Shown: positions 25,906 to 36,364, numbered from the stretch's first letter. The stretch is 64,000 nt of DNA from Syntrophales bacterium (GCA_040767195.1 JAXGPA010000001.1:192001-256000), one strand, 5' to 3'. Numbers and translations: made by a program. The notes: a model not told the origin generated them from the sequence alone.

Positions 25906-26673
25906 ATGAAGCGGACCCTGGCCCTGATCGTTCTTGCCTTCCTCGTGGCGGCCATCCCGGAGAAAAGTTTTTCCCAGGAAGAGGCAACGGTCCCGGAGGT
26001 CACCCCGGCGGAGGTCTACCGGAAAATGGCGGAGGGGACACCCCCCCTGCTCATCAATACCATGAGTCTCATTGAATGCCGGGACCACCGGATTCCGGGA
26101 TCCCAGTGCGTCCCCGGGCCGGATGTGGCCGAGCGATGGAAAGGCCCCGAAGACAAGAGCAGTGAAATCATTTTTTACTGTGAAAGCCCGTGGTGCCTCA
26201 GAAGCCACCGGGCCGCCGAAACAGCGCTGAAACGGGGATTCCAGAAGGTGTCCGTCATGACCGGCGGCCTTCCCGCCTGGAAGGAAGCAGGGTACGACGT
26301 CTTTTCAGAGAAACGGATTCCCCGGGTCGGGATCGTTTCCATCAAACCGGCCTTTCTCTCCCAGTGGCTCTCGGGAGGAAACGGCCCCCTCCTTCTTGAC
26401 ATCCGAACCCCCGGTGAGTTCGAGGCGGACCACATGGCGGATTCGGTCAACGTTCCCTTTGAGATTCTCCACCAGGTGTGGCGGGACCTTCCCATGGACC
26501 GCTCCATCGTCGTTATCGACGACCGGGGACATCGCTCCTTTCTCGCCGCCTGTTACCTCTTTGAGAGAGGTTTCGTAGACATCCGTCGTCTTTTCGGAGG
26601 CATGTCGAACTGGAAGGCCTATCAATCCAAAGGAAACCAAAATCATGGCATCGAGAAGACAGCTGAGAATTGA
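25906..26673 (+). CDS. Secreted tandem rhodanese-domain protein
   Basis: Signal peptide; HRIPGS, FYCESPWCLRS, GGLPAW; second domain LLDIRTPGEF...VIDDRGHRS...GGMSNW. Confidence 0.85.
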   Translation: MKRTLALIVLAFLVAAIPEKSFSQEEATVPEVTPAEVYRKMAEGTPPLLINTMSLIECRDHRIPGSQCVPGPDVAERWKGPEDKSSEIIFYCESPWCLRSHRAAETALKRGFQKVSVMTGGLPAWKEAGYDVFSEKRIPRVGIVSIKPAFLSQWLSGGNGPLLLDIRTPGEFEADHMADSVNVPFEILHQVWRDLPMDRSIVVIDDRGHRSFLAACYLFERGFVDIRRLFGGMSNWKAYQSKGNQNHGIEKTAEN

Positions 26674-28543
26674 AACAGGCCTGGTCATCCCGCTCTTCCT
26701 TTCGGTCCTTTTCTTTCTGGGAAACCTTCCGCCCGCTCACGGGTCGGCGGATCCGGGCCAACCGGTCCTTAACGAGGGCCCCGTAAACTGTCTCGATTGC
26801 CATGATCACTTCCTTTACAGGACGGCCTTTCCCAAATCGGTCCACGGGCCTCTCGGTTGCCTGAGCTGCCACGGCGCGATCGAAGACCGGGAAAAGCACA
26901 TGACGGGCCTGAAAAAGCCGGAACTTCTCTCGTGCGCCCGCTGTCACGAGGAAATCGCCGCCTCCTATGTTAAAAACTACCACTACCTCTACCAGGACTT
27001 TCGATGCACCGACTGCCACCGGGACATCCACGCCGTCAAGCCCCCCGAGGGTTCTCAAAAGCAGGCCGTCCTGAAGCAATGCACCGAGTGCCACGGCAAT
27101 GACGAATACGCCGTTTCCGGCCACGGCCTGGCCGTCCTCGAGGGAAACGAGGACGCCGCCACCTGCTCGGACTGTCACGGCCTCCACAACACCCGGGTCT
27201 ATCACACCGCCCAGGACCTGTACCCCGCCGAGGCCCGGGAGTTCTACAGCCGGACCTGCATTCACTGTCACGGCGACCGGGACATGATGAAGAGAAACAA
27301 TCTTTCCCCGGACGTTGTCCGTTTCTATGAACTGACCTATCACGGCAAGGTCCAGGGCGTGGGCGATCCCAGCCGCGTGGCGGGATGCGCCGACTGTCAC
27401 ACGTCCCACAACATCCTGCCCAAGGACAACCCGGCTTCCACCATCCACCCGGACAACCTGGCGGCCAACTGCGGCAAATGCCACACGGGGTTCCATCCCC
27501 GTTTCGTGGAATACAAGGCTCACCCGGACTTCACGAACCGCCGGGAATACCCGTCCCTTTTCTGGACCAACATCTTCATGGAAGCCCTCCTCGTCGTGAC
27601 ATTCCTTTTCTTCTGGATTCACACGGCCCTCTGGTGGCGAAAGACTTACTGGGACAAGCACGATCTTGAAAGAAGAGGCGTCATTCCCGGCCCGCCTGTC
27701 GCCGGGTCCGAGGGCATTCAGTCCATAAGGCGTTTTTCCCGCCTGGAAGTCTCCCTTCATGTCATTCTCGTGCTTTCTTTCTTCACCCTCGTCCTCACGG
27801 GATTTCCCCTGAAATACTACGACGCCGGCTGGGCGAAACCCATCGTCCACTTCTGGGGTGGCGCCCACAAGGCCGGACTGTGGCACCGCGCCGCCGCCAT
27901 CGTCCTCATCGTTCTTTTCCTCTATGTCCTGGTCCGCTCTCTCCGATACCTCTTCCCGAAAGGCGGGGGAACCCGAGGCTGGAAAGATCGCCTCTTCGGC
28001 CCCGACTCCCTTTTCCCGAACTGGAAGGACTGGGAGGATCTCAAGGCCATGCTCCGCTGGTTCTTCAACCGGGGTGACCGGCCCCGATTCGACCGCTGGT
28101 CCTACTGGGAAAAATTCGATTTTCTCGCCGTCTTCTGGGGAATGACCATCATCGGGGGATCGGGTATTTTCCTCATGGTCCCCGAGTGGACATCCTACCT
28201 CTTCCCCGGGTGGGTCCTCAACATCGCGGCCCTCCTCCACTCCGAGGAAGCCCTGCTGGCGGCCCTCTTTATTTTCACGGTCCACTTTTTCAACACACAC
28301 CTCATCCCGACCAAATTTCCCATGGACAGGACCATTTTTACAGGCCGATACTACCTGAAGGAAATGGCGGAGGAACGTCCTCTTGAATACGAGCGGATGA
28401 AGAAAGAGGACAGGATTGAGTCGCTGAAGCAGAGGCACCCTTCGATCTGGGCGAAGCTCCTGGCCGCCTCGTTCGGTTACACGGGACTCCTTCTGGGGCT
28501 TTTCCTCGCCGCCATGATCCTGTGGACCATCGTCAGGACATGA
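26645..28543 (+). CDS. CbcL-like nonaheme c cytochrome fused to an FdnI/HydC-type cytochrome b domain
   Basis: 9 CxxCH motifs, then TM region with HVIL..LTGFPLKY, HR, YWEKFDFLAVFWG, LHSEEALLA..FTVHFF. Confidence 0.85.
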   Translation: MASRRQLRIETGLVIPLFLSVLFFLGNLPPAHGSADPGQPVLNEGPVNCLDCHDHFLYRTAFPKSVHGPLGCLSCHGAIEDREKHMTGLKKPELLSCARCHEEIAASYVKNYHYLYQDFRCTDCHRDIHAVKPPEGSQKQAVLKQCTECHGNDEYAVSGHGLAVLEGNEDAATCSDCHGLHNTRVYHTAQDLYPAEAREFYSRTCIHCHGDRDMMKRNNLSPDVVRFYELTYHGKVQGVGDPSRVAGCADCHTSHNILPKDNPASTIHPDNLAANCGKCHTGFHPRFVEYKAHPDFTNRREYPSLFWTNIFMEALLVVTFLFFWIHTALWWRKTYWDKHDLERRGVIPGPPVAGSEGIQSIRRFSRLEVSLHVILVLSFFTLVLTGFPLKYYDAGWAKPIVHFWGGAHKAGLWHRAAAIVLIVLFLYVLVRSLRYLFPKGGGTRGWKDRLFGPDSLFPNWKDWEDLKAMLRWFFNRGDRPRFDRWSYWEKFDFLAVFWGMTIIGGSGIFLMVPEWTSYLFPGWVLNIAALLHSEEALLAALFIFTVHFFNTHLIPTKFPMDRTIFTGRYYLKEMAEERPLEYERMKKEDRIESLKQRHPSIWAKLLAASFGYTGLLLGLFLAAMILWTIVRT

Positions 28544-28613
28544 AAATCGCTTTGTGTACCGGGGGCACCCATGGTATCATGCGTGCACTGATGAAAAGGC
28601 CGGATTCTGACTC

Positions 28614-29783
28614 TTGAGCGATCATTCCCCGGAAACCGCGGCAGGCGGCATTAAGAAACGGACCCTTCCGGACAGGCTGTTGTCTTCACCAAGGCTTACC
28701 GTCGGCCTTCTCCTCGTCCTGTCAGTGGCATCGATCGTGGGAACCGTTTTCCCCCAGGGGGAACAGGCCCGTCACTTCCTCTCCCGTCTCGGCCCCGCCG
28801 CCCTTTCCTTCGTCGGCTTTCTTCAGCTTGACGACTTGTTCCATGCCACCTGGTACATGTTCCTCGGAGGGCTTCTCGCCCTCAATCTCCTGTTCTGCCT
28901 TTACCGCAGGTGGCCGTCCCTGAAAAAAACCCTTCCCCCGAGGGCTGTCTTCACGAGAGGGCTTTACCGTTTCGTCGTCCACGGGGGCGTCCTGATCATC
29001 CTCGCGGGAGCCGCCTTGAGCCATCTTTTCGGCATCGAGGCCTACATGGAAATCCCCGTGGGTGAAACGGTCGAACAGGCTTTTCTGCGGAAAGACGACC
29101 GCCCCCTGGATTTGGGCTTCCAGGTTCGCTGCGACGCCTTCCATTTTGAACGCTATGAATCGGGCATGCCGAAGGAGTACCGGTCGGAGCTCACTTTTTT
29201 CAAGGATTCGTCACCGGAGCGGAATGCCCCTGTCCGGGTGAACCAGCCGGTTTCGTTCAAGGGCATCACCTTCTACCAGTCGGACTTCCGAAAAATTCTC
29301 AAAGCGCGCCTGGCTGTACGAAACGAAGGCGAGACATGGGAGGTGGAAAGACTCGAAGGCCAGGCTTTCGATCTGACGGGAAAGGGGATGAACCTTTCCG
29401 TCCTCGTCGTTTCCATCATGGAAAACGTCATGACCATGGGGCCCGCCGTTAAACTTCTGGTCCGGTCACCGGAGGGATGCCGGGATCTGTACGTCTTCAG
29501 GGACATCGACCGGTTTCTCGAGAAGATTCCCGATCTTTACGAGCGATACCCCCCTTTCGATCCGGGAAACATCGCACCCTGGCGATTTGAACTGGCCGGG
29601 CTGGAGGAAACCTACGTGACGGGCCTCATGGTGAACAGGGATCCCGGGGCGCCCGTTGCCGCCGGGGGCGCCGCCGTGCTCATGGCCGGGATGCTTCTCA
29701 CCTATTTCAACCGCAAGAGGGAAGATAACGACAGGCGCGGCCCCGCGAAGAAGAACAGGCCAACCCGGGGAGGCGGCCCGTGA
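28614..29783 (+). CDS. resB: Cytochrome c biogenesis protein ResB (System II)
   Basis: SIVGTVFPQ, LFHATWY, NLLFC, H in TM3, VNQP..FKGITFYQS, RDPG. Confidence 0.8.
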   Translation: MSDHSPETAAGGIKKRTLPDRLLSSPRLTVGLLLVLSVASIVGTVFPQGEQARHFLSRLGPAALSFVGFLQLDDLFHATWYMFLGGLLALNLLFCLYRRWPSLKKTLPPRAVFTRGLYRFVVHGGVLIILAGAALSHLFGIEAYMEIPVGETVEQAFLRKDDRPLDLGFQVRCDAFHFERYESGMPKEYRSELTFFKDSSPERNAPVRVNQPVSFKGITFYQSDFRKILKARLAVRNEGETWEVERLEGQAFDLTGKGMNLSVLVVSIMENVMTMGPAVKLLVRSPEGCRDLYVFRDIDRFLEKIPDLYERYPPFDPGNIAPWRFELAGLEETYVTGLMVNRDPGAPVAAGGAAVLMAGMLLTYFNRKREDNDRRGPAKKNRPTRGGGP

Positions 29784-30601
29784 ACACAACCCTTCTTGCC
29801 GGCACCCCCTTCGTTTACCTCGGCGCTTTCCTCATCGACCTGACGGGAAGGGTTACCGGTAAAACCGCCTTGTCACGAACGGCGAAAACAGTGGCAGCGG
29901 CAGGCTTCTGCCTCCACACGGCGGGATTGGCCCTGAGATGGGTGGAATCGTATCACCTCGGCTTCGGTCATGCCCCTCTTTCCAATTTTTATGAATCCCT
30001 CATTTTTTTCTCCTGGGCGATCCTCCTGGCCTACCTTATTCTCGAGTTCTGGAAAAAACCGGGGATTCTCAGTCCCTTCGCCCTCCCCGCCGCTTTTCTT
30101 CTCATCGCCTACGCATCTTACTCGCCGGACGTGGACAGCCGGATTCGACCCCTCATCCCGGCCCTGCAGAGCAACTGGCTCGTCACCCATGTCATCACCT
30201 GCTTTCTCGGATACGGCGCCTTCGTCATCTCCTCCATTTTCGGCCTCCTCTGTCTCATCAAGGGAAACGATCCCCTTTCGACCCGGGACGACATTCCGGA
30301 AAGGGATTCGCTCAGCCTTTATCTCTACCGAAGCGTCGCCGTGGGCTACGTGTTCTTCACCCTGGGCATCATAACGGGGTCCGTCTGGGCCCATTCGGCC
30401 TGGGGGTCCTGGTGGAGCTGGGACCCCAAGGAAACGTGGGCGCTCATCACCTGGATGATATACACGGCCCTGCTCCATCACCGCCTCGGGGGAAAGGACC
30501 GGGCGAAAGGCATGGCTATCCTGTCCCTGGTGGGTCTCGCCAGTGTTTTTTTCACCTATCTCGGGGTGAATTATCTTCCCGGCCTTCACAGCTACCTGTG
30601 A
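29780..30601 (+). CDS. ccsA: Cytochrome c synthase CcsA/ResC (System II)
   Basis: HAPLSNFYES, PALQSNWLVTHV, WWD motif WAHSAWGSWWSWDPKETW, GLHSY. Confidence 0.92.
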   Translation: MNTTLLAGTPFVYLGAFLIDLTGRVTGKTALSRTAKTVAAAGFCLHTAGLALRWVESYHLGFGHAPLSNFYESLIFFSWAILLAYLILEFWKKPGILSPFALPAAFLLIAYASYSPDVDSRIRPLIPALQSNWLVTHVITCFLGYGAFVISSIFGLLCLIKGNDPLSTRDDIPERDSLSLYLYRSVAVGYVFFTLGIITGSVWAHSAWGSWWSWDPKETWALITWMIYTALLHHRLGGKDRAKGMAILSLVGLASVFFTYLGVNYLPGLHSYL

Positions 30602-30656
30602 CGGGTCATTGTCCCCTTTTTCCGTATCGGCACCGATGGTGCCTCGGGAACACCTG

Positions 30657-30965
30657 ATGACGACCGGCGGCTCATACGATGAACTGGAAATGCGATGCCG
30701 GGAGATTTCCGGCCTGCTTCGCCACGGCGACGCCTACAGCCCTTCCTTCCTGGCCTGGAGAAAGGACGTGGAACGCCTCCTTCAGGCCCTCTTCGGCACC
30801 GATTCGGAGCCCTTGGAGCGATTTCGCTCCATCTACTATACCCCCCTTTTTCTTTCCTGCCGAATCGACCTGGATGTGTTCCCGGAGGCTTTCCGGGACG
30901 GCCTGGGGGAGGCCCGGCGACTTCTCCAAGAACTCCTTGACAGGAGACCGTCCCATTGGACATAA
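30657..30965 (+). CDS. Hypothetical protein
   Basis: Helical-looking 102-aa ORF (FLAWRKDVERLLQALFG...IYYTP); start uncertain. Confidence 0.5.
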   Translation: MTTGGSYDELEMRCREISGLLRHGDAYSPSFLAWRKDVERLLQALFGTDSEPLERFRSIYYTPLFLSCRIDLDVFPEAFRDGLGEARRLLQELLDRRPSHWT

Positions 30966-30973
30966 GAAAAGCA

Positions 30974-31137
30974 TGACGGCTTCGTAAAAGTCCATAGGCT
31001 GTGTTGCCCTTCATCCCCCGTCATTGCGACGTACCAATAGGTACGTCTCATTCCTCGGGACTCGGGCGCCTTGCCTCTGGATCTTTATACAAAGCCGTCG
31101 GTAACGGAACATTTTTCGAGTTTTTACGAGTTCATCA
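30974..31137. mobile_element. MITE-like non-coding repeat, copy A
   Basis: About 95% identical to the reverse complement of 41079-41243; imperfect TIRs TGACGGCTTCGTAAAA / TTTTACGAGTTCATCA; direct repeat AAGCATGACG at both junctions. Confidence 0.75.
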
Positions 31138-31169
31138 AGCATGACGTCCATGAAAAAGGGGGAAACAGG

Positions 31170-32132
31170 ATGACCGTATTCCGAAAAGGGTCTGTCCGCG
31201 TGGAGAGTTATCTGCGCCAGTCGGTCCTGAATGACGTGGTGGAGCTGGAAAAGCGGGTCTGGAACCGGGAGGGATACCGGGAAGTGAACGCCCCGATGCT
31301 TTATTTCGAACTGGCCTACCTGACCAACGGTCTCATTCTGACCGCTTTTGACGAAGGACTTTTCCCGCCCGAGGAAAAAGAGAAAATGGCCAAGGAGGAT
31401 TCCTGGTACGAAGGGGAGCATCCTATTGGCTTTGCGGCTCTTTTCGCCGATTTCGACGAGCGCGGCCCTTTCTGGTACGGCGCCCGGATGGGTGTCGACA
31501 GGCTTTACCGGGACAAGAACATCGGCGAGGCCATTCTCGACGCCCTTTATCGAAGCGCCAGAGAACGGGGAATCATGCGGGTGCGCTGGACTTATGACCC
31601 CCTGCAGTCAAGAAACGGGTATATCTACATCCACAAGATGGGCGCCCAGGTCCATGAAATCGGTTTCAATTACTACAGCGCCGTCTTCACCAACGACGAG
31701 TTCAACAGGGACATATCGACGGACCGCTTCATCGTGGAGTGGTTCATCAACACCGAGCGGGTCCGGAATCGCATGGAAAAAGGGGATTTTCCCGTCCATG
31801 ACCCTTCCACCATCACCCCCGAAAACACGGTCAACGAAATCGTCATCGACGAGGAAGGGTTGGAACAGGGGGGTGAAAAGCAGCGGTTTGACGCCGAGGA
31901 AACGACGCTTTATCTTGAAATTCCCTACAACCAGGACCGGATCCTGAAAACGGACAGAAAAAAGGCCCAGGCCCTGAGAAATCAGTGCCGGGCCCTCTTC
32001 ATGCACTACCTTGCGGCGGGATACGCCATTCGGGAGTTTGTGGTCAAAAAGGAGCCTTCCGGCCGGATTCGACCCTATTACCGGCTGGACCTGGATCCCC
32101 GGTATCAGGATCTGACCCGTCTCACCCTTTGA
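31170..32132 (+). CDS. GNAT-fold predicted acyltransferase (COG3375-like)
   Basis: MGVDRLYRDKNIG, WTYDPLQSRNG, TDRFIVEW motifs; start moved to ATG 31170. Confidence 0.7.
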   Translation: MTVFRKGSVRVESYLRQSVLNDVVELEKRVWNREGYREVNAPMLYFELAYLTNGLILTAFDEGLFPPEEKEKMAKEDSWYEGEHPIGFAALFADFDERGPFWYGARMGVDRLYRDKNIGEAILDALYRSARERGIMRVRWTYDPLQSRNGYIYIHKMGAQVHEIGFNYYSAVFTNDEFNRDISTDRFIVEWFINTERVRNRMEKGDFPVHDPSTITPENTVNEIVIDEEGLEQGGEKQRFDAEETTLYLEIPYNQDRILKTDRKKAQALRNQCRALFMHYLAAGYAIREFVVKKEPSGRIRPYYRLDLDPRYQDLTRLTL

Positions 32133-34758
32133 CGATTTCTTCCAGCCGGGCCAAGGCCTCGGGAAGTCCCTCCGGCTTCGCGCCGCCCGCCTGGGCCATA
32201 TCGGGCCGCCCGCCTCCCGTTCCCCCGACGAGAGGGGCCACCGTCTTCACGATGTTCCCCGCGTTGAAGCGCCCGGTGAGGTCCCTGGTGACCATGCACA
32301 GGAGCATGGCCTTTTCCCCGGCGCGGCTTCCCAGAAGAAGAACCCCGGACTTGAGCTTGTCCCGGAGCTTGTCCCCCAGGTCCCGAAGGGCCTTGACGTC
32401 CTCCACGGCCACTTCCGCCGCCAGGGTCTTCACGCCGTCCACCACTTTCACCTGGTCCAGGAGCCCGGAAGATTCCCGGGCCGCCAGCCGGCCCTTCAGG
32501 GCCTCCATTTCCCTTTCCATTTCCCGTTGTGCCTTGAGAAGGCGTTCCACCCTTTCGGGAACTTCCATGGGAGACGTTTTGAGCATGGCCGCCGTCCTGC
32601 GGAGCTCCCCGTCCACTTTCCGGAAATATTTTACGGCTTCCTCGCCCGTCACCGCCTCGATCCTCCGAACCCCCGCCGCCACGGACGATTCACCGAGGAT
32701 CTTGAGAAAACCCACATCACCCGTTCTCAAGACGTGGGTGCCTCCGCAGAGTTCCCGGCTGAAATCCCCCATCTGGACAAGCCGGACCTCGTCCCCGTAT
32801 TTTTCGTCGAACACCGCCGTCGCCCCGGTCTTGAAGGCCTCTTCCTTGGGCAGGACCTTGGTGACCACCGGCGCGTTCGCCCGGATATAGGCGTTGGCGA
32901 TGAGTTCCACCTTCTCCATTTCATCCTCTTCGATTTTCGAGAAGTGGGTGAAATCGAACCGCATCCGTTCCGGGTTCACCAGCGAGCCGGACTGCTTGAT
33001 GTGATCGCCCAGAACCTGCTTCAGGGCCGCCTGGAGGATGTGGGTCCCCGAATGGTGGGCTTCCGTGGCCCGGCGGGCCCGGACATCCACCTTCATGGCC
33101 ACCGTGTCTCCGACCCGAAGTTGTCCCTTTTTCATTTTTCCAATATGGGTAAAGAGCGTTTCCAGGGGTTTCTGGGTGTCCCAGACATCGAAAAGCCCCT
33201 GGGCGCCCTCGATGGTTCCCACGTCCCCGACCTGTCCGCCCACCTCGCCGTAGAAGGGGGTCGTGTCGACGAAAATTTCTCCGTTTTCCCCCTCGTAGAG
33301 GGCGGAAACCTCTTCATCGTTCTTCAAAATGGCCGTCACACGGGCCACGGCCTCGGTCACGCCCTCATAGCCGACGAAGGCGTTGGAGAACCCCTTGGAC
33401 GAAAGGCGGTGGTAAACGTCCGATATGGCTTCCTCCCCGCTTCCCTTCCAGGATTCCCGGGCTTTTTCCCTCTGCCGCTCCATGGACCGCTCGAAACCCT
33501 CCATGTCCGTCCCGAAACCCGCCGCCCTGGCGGCGTCCGCCGTCAGGTCCGTGGGGAACCCGAAGGTGTCGTAGAGCTTGAAGACCACCTCGCCGGGAAT
33601 CGTGTCCCCCCCGACTTTTCGAAGCCGCTCGATTTCCTCGTTCAAAATCCGAAGCCCCCCGTCGAGGGTTTCCATGAACCGCTGTTCCTCGTTGAAAACC
33701 ACTTTCCGGATGTACGACTCCTTGTCGGGAAGGTCGCTGTAAGGATCCTTCATCTTCTCGATGACCACCGAAGCCAGCTCATGGAGGAAGGGACGATCCA
33801 TCCCCAAAAGCTTCCCGTGGCGGGCCGCCCGCCTGAGGATCCGCCGGAGAACATACCCCCGCCCCTCGTTGCTCGGCAGGACGCCGTCGCCGATGAGAAA
33901 GGTCACCGACCGGCAGTGATCGGCGATCACCCGAATGGAGACGTCGCTGTCACCATTCTCCCCGTATGTCTTCCCCGAAAGTCTCCCGATGCCCTCGATG
34001 ATCTCCCGGAAAAGATCGCAGTCATAGTTGCTCTTGACCCCCTGCATGACCGCCGCGAGGCGTTCCAGCCCCATGCCCGTGTCGATGTTCGGGCTGGGCA
34101 GCGGATGCAGGCCGCCCGAGGCATCCCGGTCGAACTGGGTGAAGACGAGGTTCCACAGCTCGAGATACCGGTCGCAGTCGCACTCGACGCCGCAATCGGG
34201 CTTCCCGCAGCCCAGCTCCTCCCCCTGGTCGAAGATGATTTCCGAACAGGGGCCGCAGGGACCGGTTTCACCCATCATCCAGAAGTTGTCCTTCTCGCCG
34301 AGCCGGAAAATCCGTTCCGCCGGAATCCCCATTTTTTCGTTCCAGATTTGGAAAGCCTCGTCGTCGTCCCGGAAAATCGTAATGAGCATCTTTTCACGGG
34401 GAAGCCCCATGACATCCGTCAGAAACTCCCAGGCCCACTCTATGGCTTCGTTCTTGAAGTAGTCACCGAAAGAGAAATTGCCCAGCATTTCGAAAAAGGT
34501 GTGGTGCCGGGCCGTGTAGCCCACGTTCTCCAGGTCGTTGTGCTTTCCGCCAGCCCGGACGGACTTCTGGGAAGAGGCAGCCCGCCTGTATCCCCGGTCC
34601 TCCTTGCCCAGGAAAAGATTCTTGAACTGGACCATCCCCGAATTGGTAAAAAGAAGGGTCGGGTCATCCTTGGGGACGAGGGACGAACTCGATATAACGG
34701 CATGCCCCCTGTCCTTGAAGAACTGCAGGAATTTTTCCCGGATCTCACTGCCCGTCAT
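32122..34758 (-). CDS. alaS: Alanine--tRNA ligase
   Basis: DPTLLFTNSGMVQFK, HHTFFEMLGNFSFGDYFK, ELCGGTH, GGGRPDMAQAGG. Confidence 0.98.
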   Translation of the reverse strand: MTGSEIREKFLQFFKDRGHAVISSSSLVPKDDPTLLFTNSGMVQFKNLFLGKEDRGYRRAASSQKSVRAGGKHNDLENVGYTARHHTFFEMLGNFSFGDYFKNEAIEWAWEFLTDVMGLPREKMLITIFRDDDEAFQIWNEKMGIPAERIFRLGEKDNFWMMGETGPCGPCSEIIFDQGEELGCGKPDCGVECDCDRYLELWNLVFTQFDRDASGGLHPLPSPNIDTGMGLERLAAVMQGVKSNYDCDLFREIIEGIGRLSGKTYGENGDSDVSIRVIADHCRSVTFLIGDGVLPSNEGRGYVLRRILRRAARHGKLLGMDRPFLHELASVVIEKMKDPYSDLPDKESYIRKVVFNEEQRFMETLDGGLRILNEEIERLRKVGGDTIPGEVVFKLYDTFGFPTDLTADAARAAGFGTDMEGFERSMERQREKARESWKGSGEEAISDVYHRLSSKGFSNAFVGYEGVTEAVARVTAILKNDEEVSALYEGENGEIFVDTTPFYGEVGGQVGDVGTIEGAQGLFDVWDTQKPLETLFTHIGKMKKGQLRVGDTVAMKVDVRARRATEAHHSGTHILQAALKQVLGDHIKQSGSLVNPERMRFDFTHFSKIEEDEMEKVELIANAYIRANAPVVTKVLPKEEAFKTGATAVFDEKYGDEVRLVQMGDFSRELCGGTHVLRTGDVGFLKILGESSVAAGVRRIEAVTGEEAVKYFRKVDGELRRTAAMLKTSPMEVPERVERLLKAQREMEREMEALKGRLAARESSGLLDQVKVVDGVKTLAAEVAVEDVKALRDLGDKLRDKLKSGVLLLGSRAGEKAMLLCMVTRDLTGRFNAGNIVKTVAPLVGGTGGGRPDMAQAGGAKPEGLPEALARLEEIVKG

Positions 34759-35257
34759 GAATCTTTTCCTCCTTCGGCATTCTTATGGTTTGCATGATCA
34801 GCTCCCGGGGAAAGCCCCGTCTCGAAAGACTTTGAAACAGTCGACGCCGTTCCCCGAGGGTAAATTCTTTTAAATTTATCCTGGATTCGCCTGTTTTTCC
34901 ATATTTTTTTTCAAGATATTTGGCGATCGCCTCCTCCTCGCCCAGTTCCTGGCGGGCCGCCTGGAGGGCCTCCTCGACAAGACCGGGGGAGATCCCTTTC
35001 TCCCGCAGGTGAAGTCGAATCCTGAAATTTCCCCAGAGGCGGTTCACGGCCAGCGTCCGGGCGACGTTTTCAGCGTAGGCCCGGTCATCCAGGTACTTCC
35101 TTTCCTTAAGCCAATGGACGACACGGTCGATCGTTTCCGGGGAGACTTCTTTTTCCCGGAGCTTTTCTCGAAGCTCCGCGGTGCTCCGGGGGCGAAAGAG
35201 AAGAAGCCGCAAGGCCTTATTCTTTCCCGCTTCGAAGAGCTTCTCCGCCGATGTCAC
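34745..35257 (-). CDS. recX: Regulatory protein RecX
   Basis: RPRSTAELREKL, YLDDRAYA, LSRRGF; downstream of recA. Confidence 0.85.
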   Translation of the reverse strand: MTSAEKLFEAGKNKALRLLLFRPRSTAELREKLREKEVSPETIDRVVHWLKERKYLDDRAYAENVARTLAVNRLWGNFRIRLHLREKGISPGLVEEALQAARQELGEEEAIAKYLEKKYGKTGESRINLKEFTLGERRRLFQSLSRRGFPRELIMQTIRMPKEEKIHDGQ

Positions 35258-35258
35258 G

Positions 35259-36308
<1,050 letters not shown>

Positions 36309-36364
36309 GTCAAGCCCCCTTGCATGCCAGGATGATAGTCCTGTCTTTTTTATGTTTCCGCCCC

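Noticed and set aside
30657..30965. Small ORF as a truncated TIR/defence gene disrupted by the MITE
   Set aside because: Its stop precedes the element and no continuation is visible downstream; the resemblance is too weak to support.
31071..31169. N-terminal extension of the GNAT ORF from TTG 31071
   Set aside because: It starts inside the MITE-like repeat; ATG 31170 with a purine-rich SD is more plausible.
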